The notes beneath the pieces are model-generated. The model did no database searches and was not told where the DNA came from. It was given only the letters and a program-made list of their open reading frames with translations. Made by a program: the position numbers and the translations under genes. A stretch of DNA of 64,000 nt from Podarcis tiliguerta (Eukaryota), in the NCBI GenBank assembly GCA_965153285.1, contig OZ229112.1. One strand, given 5' to 3'. Positions 21,858 through 33,800 of this stretch are shown in pieces. The stretch's first letter is position 1, and the number at the start of each line of letters is the position of its first letter.

Positions 21858-24800
21858 ATGGAACCTTGCCCCACGCCAAGCTGTGCCATGGGGATAGCCA
21901 GGGAAGCCGCAGACCGAGCAGATGGATGTGCCAGCCGTATCCTTTGCATGGAGCCTTGCCGTAGAGACCCTTGCTGGGGCGGGCAGAACTATCCTGCCCC
22001 AGAAGCGCTGGCCTCGGCGGGAGCAGCGTGTCTGAGCGAGGCAAGCACAGCAGCAGCAGCAATAGGCCCCCCTACGGAAAGCTGCCCGCAGGAAGAATGG
22101 CCCAAGCCCCAGAGCCTCCCCTGCAAGAAGAGCGGCCTAGAGACCAAAGGCAAGCTGCCTCCTACACAGCTGAAGGGGCAAGCAGAGGAGACAGGCGCTC
22201 GGGAAGCCCTTGGTACGTCTCTGGGGGCCAGTGGCGGGGATCCTGTAAACCGCATGCAGAAGTAGGCTTGCAGAAGGGGACTCCCAGCCCCAAGGCCTCC
22301 AGGAAGCCGCTTCTGAGTGTCATGCAGGACCGGATTCAGACCTTTAGAGGCCCTAAGCACTTAGAAGATTTTGGTGCCCCCATATGTATTGAATTCAAAA
22401 TATAAACAGTAATTAACCATGAAATAAATGAAATGAAACTGAGAATATGAACTCTCAGTGGAGTGATCTGTGACCATTTCTATGGTGCCCACCTTCCCTT
22501 GATGCCCTAAGCAGGGCTTATTTTGCTTAATCCAGACTTAAGGGGACCCTCTGGGATCTGCCTGGGAGGGGGGCCAGGGCTTGCTGAAGGAGCTGCAAAA
22601 TTAGCCACAGGCCCCTTGGGCAAGCAGGTGCTCCTTACTGAACATGCCTGGGAAATGGCGGGGGGTCCTTCTTCCATTCTGCCACGCAGGGAGATAATCT
22701 GGTGCAGAAGGAGTGGGGTTCAAGTGGGGGGGGATGAAGGGGCAGGTCCTGCCTTTATCTTAGGGAGGGTGATGCCTTTGGGGAGTTGTGGGAGGGAGGG
22801 AGTTGCGGCAGCATCATAGCACCTGAAATCTCTGCAGAAATGGTTCTGATGAGGAGGCTGATGAGATTCTGGGGAGGATTTGGGTAGAACCTGTAATTCC
22901 GCAGGGACTGGGAGGAGCGCTGAGGAAGACCCTGAGGTCCCAGGCGAGCTGGATGAGCAGTTAAGGACACAACCACACGCACACTCTGTGGTCACTGCCA
23001 GGGTCACAGTGTGGTGCAGTGGTTGGAGCATTGGACTAGGACTTGGGAGACCAGGGGTTGAATCCACGCTCAGCTGTGAAGCTCACTGGGTAACCTTGAG
23101 AGCCAGTCACTGCCCCTGGGCCTCGCCTGCCTCACAAGGTGGTTGTGTCAATAAAAGGAGTGGAGAACCGTCCCCGTGACCTTGAACCCCTTGGAGGAAA
23201 AGGTGGGATATAAATGAAATAAATAAGTGCAGCAATGACGGTTTTTTGCGAGAGGAGGAGCTCCCATCGGCTTGACTGGGAGGACTTTTTTTGTTAACCC
23301 TAATTACAGTACTAATGAGGTCTTTTTTGCTAGGGTTGCCGTGTGTGCGGAGAAGTTACTCCTTCTCTGCCTGTGTCCTGCAGTCCTGGCAAAATGACCC
23401 CTGTGGAGAAAGAGGCCTGTGCAGCCCTCCATATAAAAAGAAGTCCATCCCTCTGGCTCCCTGTCCTCAAACCTGGCAGGCTCCAGTTGTGGGGAGCTGA
23501 GGCTGGAAGTGGGAAGGGGAGGCAGGAGCCGGGAGCCCTCTTCCGCCTGGCATGGCTGCTTACCTAACCTGGCCCTTCCTTTTCCAAGCAGATGGACTCT
23601 GCGCTTCTCCAGAGGCAGCCTTGGTTCCTGCCAAAGAGCAGCCGGCAGCTCTCCCGTCCGCCCAGAAGCGCCCGCGTGGTCGCAGGCCCCGCAAGAAGAG
23701 AGGGGCCGCCTGCAGAGGCCCTGCCCGCCAGGAGCCCCAGGGACCCCCTGAGGCCCCCGGGCCTTCGGAGAACGGCCCGCCCCTGCCTGTGAAAGTGCCA
23801 AAGAAGCGGGGGCGCAAGTCCAAGGCTGAGCTGCTCCTGAGGAAGCTGTCGCAGGGACTGGAGGGTCAGGCGCCCGAACCCCTCTGCCAACAGAAGCTGC
23901 TGGCCGCTGATGGAGGGCTGGACTGTCTGGAGACGACGCCTGGGGGGCGCCCAAAGCGGAGGGCGGCAAAAGTGTAAGCGAGAGGCGTGGACGGGCAGGG
24001 GGAGGAACTTGCTGGTAGTTCTTTGACTACTGAGCAGGAGTGGTGCTGCCTTCTTAGACCCAGGGGGAAAGGAGGCCGCGATGGGCACCGGCTTGGAAGG
24101 CTTTAAAAGGGGATTGAATGTAAAGGGAGACTGCTTGATCAGGCCTGCTGCATCCTGTTCTTAAGGTGAACAAATGCCCCAAGGAACCTAGATAGACTGC
24201 CTCTGGACCTGGAGGTTCTATAAGGACAGAAGAAAAAATGGCTGGATTAAGACAGCGGCCAATCTAGTCCAGCATCCTCTTCTCCCAAGCTGACCAGATG
24301 CAAGCAGGAGCTGAGCCCAAGAGCCCCAGTCTCCCCTCCAGCGGCTTCCAGCCCCTGGCCTTCAGGAGCTTTGCTGCTTCCAACTGGAGGCAGAGCTGAG
24401 CCACCGTGACCAGGAGCCATCGCTAGCCATGCATGGAATCATACAGGGATTCATTCTCCTCTATAAATGGGTTTAATCCTCTTTTAAAGCCATCCCAGCT
24501 GGGGGAGGAGAAGGCCGTGAGCGGCTACTAGCTGCATGGCTGTGTTCTGCCTCCCCATCAGAAGCAGCAGCGTCTGAATCCCGGATTCTGGGAGTCACAG
24601 GTAGGCAGGGGGCTCCCCTGCTCCAGTCGTGCTGGGGGGCTTATCTGTGGAGCATCAGTTTGGCCCCCCTGAGAACAGGATGCTGGACTAAAGGAACCTT
24701 TAGGCTGATCCAGGCACCTCTCCTTCTGAGCAGGTCAGGACTTCCTAAGAGGTTTTCAAGAAGTGGGGAACGGGACTCCACAGGGGCCTCACCTGGATGC

Positions 24801-27800
24801 AGGCAGAACACGCCCCCCCCCCCCGACACCTGTGACCTCATGGACTTGGGGCCAAGCGGAGCCTGTTTTCTGCTGGGCTTTCAGTGGAAGCTGTCCTCCA
24901 GTTGTTCGTGTTTTGAATCGAGTTCCAGAAGCAAAAACCAACAGGGAAAGATTAAAGAAATCCTAGTCAACAAGTTGACTGACTCTGCAGATATCTTCAT
25001 GCAAGGCAAAGTTCTGCAGAAAGATGCAGAGAGGCGGGCTGTGTTTGGCGCCTGCCGCAGCCCCACCCTGTTCCCACCCTTCTTCAGTTCTCGCTCTCGC
25101 CCTGAAGATCTGGGGGCGCCTTGTGACCATTTGTCCCCATTCCCTCCCCTTCTGCCCGCAGAGCCCTTCTGTACCTGCAGGAGCTGGCTGAAGAGTTGAC
25201 CTCTGTGTACCAGCCGCCCGCTTGCAGCGAGCCCGTGGAGGAGGCCCCGCGGCCGGAGGAGCCCAGCCGGAAGCGGCGAGGCCGGAAGCCCCAGAGCCAG
25301 AAGCGGGAGAGCGAGGAGGATGCGGATTTCAACCCCTCGGAGGAAGGGCTCTTGCAGGAGGAGGAGGAAGAGGAGGCGGAGGAAGAGGACAGCGACCTGC
25401 GGCTCAGCGAGGTCTCCGACTCTGACCTGGAGCCCGGCCTGCGTGGAGCAGCGGTGACTAAGCCGGGGGACGGGGAAGGAGTGCTCCTCTTGTTGGTCTG
25501 CTCAGAGGCCTCTGTGAATGGAGAGCAAGCCCGGCCCTTCTCTGGGGGCTGCTGGCTTGGGAGGGTGGGCTCCGTGGGCCTCTGTCCCTGACCCCCTCCT
25601 CCTTCTCCCCAGAGGCCCAAGAGCCACTGCCGAGGGTTTGCGTCCAACGGCTTACACAACTCCATCATGGCCCCCATCTGGAAGGCGCTCTCCGTAACCC
25701 ACCGCGTGTAAGTCGGGGGCTGCCTGCCCCACTTTGCCTTGCTGGTGGGGGAACTGAAGCACAGGAATGGGGGGGGGGGAGGAAAGGGGAGGGTCCCTGC
25801 CTTGCAGTTGTGCTGCTGCTGCTGCTGCCGCTGGGACAGAGCTCAGCTCCTTTACTGCATGGCCCTGCAGTACGGAAAGGAGCTGCGCTCATTGTACTGC
25901 CCTTCAAACAATACGATCAGAGCGGGGGGGGGGGGGACTGTGCGCCTGAAACACTCAGGCTGGTGCGGGTTCCAGGGACTCCAGCTGGGACCCCAGAGAG
26001 CGAGGACTGTTGCGTCCCAAAAGCAAGGAAGGATTGGACTCTGATTAATAAAATACACACGAGGCTTGACCAGCAAGACTCTGGGAGGGGTGCCAATAAT
26101 AATAATCCGTCCACCCTCCGGCCCAGGTCGTTGTATTCACAAAAGAACTTTTTACATAGTGTCCATAAGAACCAATCAGATTTCCTCTGAGCATTTCAAA
26201 AAAACCCACGTGGGAACAAAGTTAAAGTTAAAACTACAAAGAGCTAATTTGAGCATGCATACATTCTGGGGTAAATAAAAGAGGAAACAAGGAGGAATGC
26301 ATTCAGCAACCCCAGAGGTCATAAACAAGCAGCAAACATGAGGGGAAGGAGGGCAAGGAAAGTTAGGCATCTCTATCACCTCCTGTGTGAAACTCTTATT
26401 TCCTGGCCCTAAGATTAACAAAACCAAAGAGAAGTACATCAAAGGAGTTACCTTCTACCTTTATGACCCAGGATGCCTGGTGAGCAACTGGCCTGTGTGT
26501 AGAATGCTTGTATGTGCCTGTCAGGCAGAGAAATAGGACAGAGACGCAGAGGCGTGGATTGATCAGAAATCAGATCCAAATGGCTCAAGCCCAGTCAACG
26601 CAATGCTTTCATTGCTGGCACAAATGGCTTGCTCCATATTTTTAATAATTCCTCATAGCAATCCCACCTGATCACTACAGAGGACTGCCTGGCTTTGTTC
26701 CTGCTGAGGTGCAGGGATGCCCTCGTGATGCTGTTGCCCTCTGGGCTGGCCCCGTTCCCCGCTGCAGTTCTCTCTGACGCCATGTGGCTTTGTTTGCTTG
26801 CAGCCGTGAGCAGCTCTACTCCCACTGGGAGTTTCCAGAGTGGGTGCCCTCTGCCCGGAAGTGGCTCTTCCTCTCGGAGAGGTGAGTGGCCTCCTGGCAA
26901 AGAAGGGGGAGGGCAGGGGCCAGGAACTCTGAAGAGTATCTGGACCCAGGTTGGCAGTTGCAGTAATGGGGGGGGAGCGCATGCTGGGGAGAGAGCAGGG
27001 AGAGGGTGCCCCGCGTGGCATGCCCTCTGGGCCCTTTGCCACTGCTGCCACCACCAGCAGGAGGAGCCCCAAATCTCCACCAGGAAAGAGGTCGCTTTGC
27101 ATGGGCAGCCCAGCCTCTTGCGAGAGCCCAGAGAGGTCAGGGTGTGTGCGTGGGTGAAGGAGATCCTTGGAGTGAGTTTCCCCTCTTTCCTCCTTCCTCT
27201 TCCAAAGCGAAGCTGAGGAATACCTCCCCAGCGAGACCAAGTCCCCGCTCTTCTGCATCAAGCGCGAAGGCCTCCACGAAGAAAGCAGCGTCCTCTACCG
27301 GATCAACAGGTAAACGCCTCTCCCGCCTTTCAGCCCAGAGTCCATCTTGCAGTACTTGAGGAGCCCAGGAACCGCCAAGGGCCCCAGGAGCCCAGCTCCC
27401 TGTGGTCAGTTGCCTGTGGGAAGCCAGCCAGCAGCTTCTGAGCACAAGAGCAAATCACCCGTCCTGGGGCTTCCAAAGCCGGACTCTGGAGGCAGAGAAG
27501 GAGCCACTGAGAGCCCTCTCCCCCTCCATGAATTTGCCTAATCCTTTTGGCGGCCCTCCCTGCCCTCCTTCAGGAAGGAGTTTCACAAATTAGCCATGTG
27601 CCGGGTGAAGGATTTTCTTTTATCTGCCCTGAACCTTGTACAGTGGTACCTCAGGTTACATACACTTCAGGTTACAGACTCCGCTAACCCAGAAATAGTA
27701 CCTCGGGTTAAGAACTTTGCTCCAGGATGAGAACAGAAATTGGGCGGCAGCAGCGGGAGGCCCCATTAGCTAAAGTGGTGCTTCAGGTTAAGAACAGTTT

Positions 27801-30800
27801 CAGGTTAAGAACGGACCTCCGGAACAAATTAAGTACTTAGCCCAAGGTACCACTGTAGATTGCCAACAGCCCCGTTTGAAGCAAGACTCCCGGCCTGTGA
27901 GCCCCTTGGCAAGAGCCCCCCTTCTCTTTTCCCCCTGGCAGGTTCAACGCCTTGCAGCCCCACGAGGAGCGCCTGGACGTCACCTTCTTTGTGGGGGGTC
28001 CCGTCTGGGCCCTGGAGTGGTGCCCCACCCCAGAAGGCGCCCCAGCCTCCCAGTACGCAGCCATCTACTGCAATCCCGGCATGGACGACCGGCACAGCTT
28101 GGCGGGGACCCACACGGGGCCAGCGCTGCTCCAGCTCTGGGAGCTGGGGCCCCTCCAGCAGGAGGCAGGGTGAGTGGGGAGCCCCTGGCCCCCTGCAGCG
28201 CTCCTTGGCCCTGCCTTCCCCCGGCTTCAGCCCCAGGGCAGCCTGGTGGCCGCCCAGTGGAGCTCAGCAGGGACATGTCCTGATCCCCGAGGAGCCCTGG
28301 GCAAGGCAGGAGGGCAGGCGAGGAGGGGCTTTCTCTGCCGCAGGACCAGAGAGGCTGGCACCTGTGAGCTGGGCCCCCTGGCATGAAAGAGGGCACGGGG
28401 GGGGGGGAGAAGGAGAGAGGAGCTGCCGCAAGGAAGACAGGGCCAATGTGTTTCCTGCTGCTCTGGAGGGGAGGATTCAAGTTCCCAGAAAGGAGATTGC
28501 GAGGAAACCTCAGGAAGGCCTTCCTGCCAGTGTGGTGTAGTGGTTAAGAGCGGTAGTCTCGTAATCTGGGGAACCGGGTTCGCTTCCCCGCTCCTCCACC
28601 TGCAGCTGCTGGGTGACCTTGGGCCAGTCACACTTCTCTGAAGTCTCTCAGCCCCACTCACCTCACAGAGTGTTTGTTGTGGGCGAGGAAGGGAAAGGAG
28701 AATGTGAGCCGCTTTGAGACTCCTTCGGGGTCCCTTCTGTGATCCCTCTCGAAGACGTGGCCACGCTGCTGTGCTGGAGTCTGGCCGGGCTGCACCTGCG
28801 CAATGACAGCCTCCCCCCACCTTCTCTCCCCTTCCCAGGTCAGCCACCAAGCCAGGACTGGCCTATGGCATTGCCACCGACCACGGCTGCATCTGGGATA
28901 TGAAGTTCTGCCCCAGCGGTGCCTGGGAGCCCCCTGCCACTCGCCACAAGGTACGGGGGGTGGTGGTCTCTGGGCACCCGCTTCCCAATGTGCGTGAGAG
29001 AGAGCACAGAGGCTGCCGGGGGCGGGGGGGGGGGCAGGCTGGCAGAGCCGGCTGCTTGCTGGGGCCCCACAGCGTGGCGTCTCCCAGCTCTCTCTCCTCT
29101 TCCCAACAGTCGCCATCCCAGATGAGCCGCCTGGGGCTGCTGGCCGTGGCCTTCTCTGACGGCAAGGTGCTGCTGTACAGCCTGCCTCACGCAGAGGACC
29201 TGCGTGGCTCCCGGAGAGCCCAGGTAACAGGTAGGAAGAGCCGTGAAGGGACCCCTCCTCCCCTGGGTCACGGGGAGGGCTGGGCGCCAGGGCTGGGCCA
29301 GTGTGGTTCCCTTGGCGGGTGGCAGGGAGCATCTATTTCTCTTTCTTTCTCTCCTCCCCCCCCCCTTCTATCTCTTTTTCTCTGCCTTGCCTGGTGTTTT
29401 GCCAGCTCTGGGCTGTTTTATGGGGTAGCGGAAGAGAGTCTCTCACCCAAAACGTTCTGGCAGAGGCAGCTGCCCCCTCCCTGGGGGGGCTGGGGGGGGC
29501 GAGCAGCGGCCTGGGTGCTCAGCCAGCCGTATCAGCTAATGAGCCTTGTAATGATATCTGTCTGCAGGAGTGATGGATGAGGCTGCAGGCGGGCGGCCTT
29601 GGGGGTGCTCAGCCCTGCCTCCTCGGTGGGGATAAAGGAGGCTCAGTCCCACCTCCCGCTCCAGACACACCCTCCAGGAGACTCTACTGCTCAGGCCTCT
29701 GCCTGGCACTGCCTTCGAGGGCATCTCTGGCTGACAGCTGGCTCCCTGACAGGGGTGCAGCCAGCCAGCCTCACCCCCCGCCCTTCGTCTCCTGATCCAA
29801 GGAGGACCTTGGTGAAGGCAGCTGCTGCCCCAGCCCAAGAGTCCTCTTCCCCCCGGCCTGCGTCTCAGAGATCCCTCAATCCTTCTGAAGCAACTGCTCC
29901 ACTGCCACCCTAAAAGCTATGGGGCAATTTCTCTGCCGGTGCATTTTAAAAAGGTCTCTTTTACAAGGCAGAGGCTACAGCCAGCCTGAGTCGCGGAATG
30001 AGGGTGCTGCCTGCAGATGGGGCTAGAGCAGGTCCTGCGGGGGGCGGGGGGGGGGCCTTTGGCTTGAGCAGCCTGAGAATCCTAACCTTGCTTGCATCGG
30101 GGGGGGGGGCAACCTGGCTTGGCTGAGGTGGGGGGGTTGGGCTTTCTCTCACCCCACAGAGGCTGCTCCTGGCCTCACAGCATCTCTCCTTCCTCCTCCT
30201 AGGTGGGTCCTCCCCACGACACATCGTATGCAAGGTACGTCCTGCCAGCCCCACAGAGGATCTGTTGGAGCCACATCCTGAGCCCTCCAAGCTGCCCATG
30301 TTCTGAGGGGCAGGGACAAAGGGGGGCTCGGCCTCCCTCATTGGTCCAGCTGCAGCTCTGGAAAGGCCGGTGCAGAAGTCACTGAAGCCCCCTTTGCACG
30401 GGAGTTGGGGGTTGGAATCTTTCGCGTGCCAAGGTGTCACCAACTCCTGAGTTTCCATGGGGCTTCTTCTCTGGCCTCCCCCCTGACTGCTCCTCCTCCT
30501 CCACCCCTGCAGGTCCAGTGCGTGGCCTCCCTGCAGGTGGGGGCCATCCAGGCCGGGAGCCCCTCCCAATGCGGACAGTGCCTCAGCTTGGCCTGGATGC
30601 CGGCAAAGCCTCACCAGCGCCTGGCTGCTGGATTCTATGATGGTGAGAGGAGAAAGCTTTGCAGCTGAAACTCCCAAGTGCCAAGGAGGCTCGGGGGGGG
30701 GGGGGATGTGTGTGTCTCCCCCCCAGCACAGGCTCCCAATCCCAGCCGCCTCCTCGGAAGGTGATGCACCCTCTGCCTCTTCTGGCAGTTGCGTGGCCGC

Positions 30801-33800
30801 CTGTCAGGGATGCTGGAGTTCCGATTCTTGCTTTCAGGCCTACTCTTCTCTGCCTTCTTCCAGGCACAGTGGCCCTCTGGAACCTGGCCAGCCGCTCCCT
30901 GCTGCAGCGAGTGCGCCAGCCGGACGGCTCCCTCAAGCTCTACCCCTTCCACTGCTTCCTGGCCCACGACCACGCCGTGCGCAACATCCAGTGGTGCAAA
31001 GCCAACAGGTGGGGGGGCGGGCTTAGTGGGGGGGCGGGACTTCCTCCAGCCTCCTTCCCTGGCTGCCTGGGGGGAGATCCCCAAAGGGACCCGGCCCAGA
31101 GTGGGTCAACCCTGCCAGCGACTGGGCCTCGCCAGGACCTCCATCGCTGAGCCGCCTCCCCCTTGCTTGCTCCAGCAACTTCATGGTGACGGCCGGGAAC
31201 GACCGCAAGATCAAGTACTGGGACCTGCGGCGGCTGTGCGAGCCGCTCCAGAGCATCAAGCGCTTTCTGAGCACGGAGATCGCCTGGCTGCTGCCCTACA
31301 GCGGCATCACGGTGGCCCAGGACAACTGCTATGCCTCGTGAGTGCGGAGAGGGGAGGGCTTCCCGAATCCTCAAGGGGGGAGAGGGCAGCTCAAATCCAG
31401 GGGATCTGCTTGGCCGCTGTGCTTTTCTGTGCTTGGCAGAGGGTGCCCTCGCTCTGAAGACCTGCTCCCCCAGGACAACCCAACCCCAGCAGGCGTCAGG
31501 CTGGCGGTGGGGAGGGGGCAGGAATTCAGAAGAGCTTTCTGACGATGAGGCCTGTTTGGCAGGGGAAGGGTCTGCTTCCCGCCCGCCGCCCCCCCGCTCG
31601 CGGGCGCTGCCTCGCTCTTTACCCGCCCCCTCTTGCATTGCAGGTACGGCCTGTGTGGGATCCACTACCTGGACGCCGGCTACCTGGGCTTCCGGGCCTA
31701 CTTTGTGGCCCCTCGGAAGGGCACGGTGTGGGTAAGCGGAGTCTCCTCTGCCTCGTGCGTTGGAGGGCAACACTGGGCCAACCTTGGGGCACTGGGGGCC
31801 CTCTTATTTCTGGGGAGGGGGGAATGAAAAAGGGGGTGGGCCCAGGTGACGTTCCTCCCTCCCTCTTCCAGAGCATCTCTGGATCCGACTGGCTCAACAC
31901 GGTGGCTGCTGGAGACGTCACGGGGGAGCTGGTGGCGGCCATGATGCCTGACCTGTCTGTCAACCCGCACAACGTCAAGCGTCCGTCGGAGCGCCGATTT
32001 GTAGGTGTCGCTGCCGCTGAGCGGGAGGGAGGGGGTCCGCAAGGGACTCACAAGCTTTGCCTTCGTCCGGCAGAGGAGATAGCGAGGCCTCCCCACCCGT
32101 CCATCCTCTAGATCCGGGGTGGGGGTCCCTGGGGATGAAGGGAGCTGCAGCCCCATGGATGTAGCCACAGAATAGTCCAGGCTGGATCCAGTGGTGGTAG
32201 CAGCTGCGTTGGCTGGAGTCCCTCTGGGCAGGTGGGGGCTTTCAGCCCAAATCCCCCCCCCTCTTTAGCTCTGAAAAGTCTCTTGGTGCGTCACAGGGTC
32301 TCCCCTTTGAAAGCAGTGGTGGGCTTCTGTGCCCTCTGAGAGAAGGGCTGAGGTCCAAAGGAGCTTCAAGCCTTCATGACGTCCCTCTCCCCTCAGACGG
32401 GTTTGGGTGCAGGGGCTGCTTGGTTGGTAGACCAGGAGACTCTCTTTCTCGCCCGTGGGTCCAAGCCCCACATTGAGTGAAAGCCTCTGGCATTGCAGGG
32501 AGCTGGACTAGATGGCCCTTGAGGTCCCTTCCAGTGATGATTCCATGAGGCGCTTTGAGTTGGGACCAAAAAGGTCTCCTTCCCCTCCAGACAGCAAAGT
32601 TGTCATCAGGAAAGGGGGCTCCTTTGGGTGGGTGGGAAGATTCTGGAGCTGGAAAATTTGGGGTGCCTGACTTGGGGCTTCCGGCTCCTGCTGCCTGCGG
32701 GGACATGAAACCTCCCACTTGGGGGGAGCCTTGCCTCTTAACAGCCCACCCATAAGAGCGTCAGGGGAGGCAGCTGGATCAGGCCCAAGGGTCCATCTGG
32801 GCCAGGCTGCTCTTCTCCACATGGCAAAATACCCCCAAGACTCTAGGAATGTAGCTAGACTGCCTTGGGACCTGGAGGTTCCACAGAAACAGAAGAAGAG
32901 CCCTGCTGGATCAGGCCAGTGAGAGTCCCATCTAGTCCGGCGCCCTGTTCTCACGGTGGCCAACCTGGTGCCCACAGTGGGAAAGCTGCGCCAGGGATCT
33001 CCTTTGATTCTGAAGCTGGGCTGCCTTTGGGCAGGGCTGTTGTGCCTGGCAGTGCCCCCATGCCCTCTCCTCCTCCTCATCTTCCGCAGCCCGTCTACAA
33101 GGCCAGCCTGCTCCCCTGCGGCCTCCACAACCAGGAGGCGTCGACAGGAGCCCCCGGCGGAAGGCTTACGGCCCCCGTGGAGGGCAGGACGTACCAGGAG
33201 TCCGTGGCCCAGAACTACATCCTCTTCCGAGACACGGACCTGGTGAGGCCTCGGGGGAAGCGGGGGCAAGGAAGGGGGAGGCTAGGGGCTGCTTGAACCC
33301 CTTATGTCTTCCTGGAGGGGCAGCCTGGGTGTGCTGGGGGGTGGCAGGGTGTCCCCTCCTTCGTATCACTGATCCCCAGTGCCCTGCTGTTCTGCGGTGT
33401 GTTCCTGGCTGATAAGGCTCCTTCCCAAGCTCATCAATCGCCGGCTGTCAGCAGGAGGCCCCCATGGGATGTAGCTGCACCCCCCCCCACTTGGCCTGGC
33501 CCCACCAACTCTCTCAGCCCCCCCTCTTCCCTCCCCAGAGGAGCTTCAAGAACATCTTCAGGCGGAAAGGGAGGAAGAAGCCCCTCCCGGCAGAAGAGGA
33601 GAAGGAGGGGGACGGACTGGGGCGCCTGCAGCTGGAGGCCGTGCACAAGGTGAGCCGGGGGGGGGGGGCGGGGCTCTACCCCTGTGAACTCCAGAATGGA
33701 TTACAGTGGTACCTCGGGTTACAGACGCTTCAGGTTACAGACACCACTTACCTAGAAATAGTGCTTCAGGTTAAGAACTTGGCTTCAGGATGAGAACAGA

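Noticed and set aside
22845-22870. Tandem CTGATGA (hammerhead core or snoRNA box); also at ~36065
   Set aside because: No downstream GAAA with helix II, and no terminal stem with C/D spacing.
28526-28600. tRNA-like sequence
   Set aside because: It continues into a SINE body and lacks a proper cloverleaf and terminator, so it is a SINE head rather than a tRNA gene.
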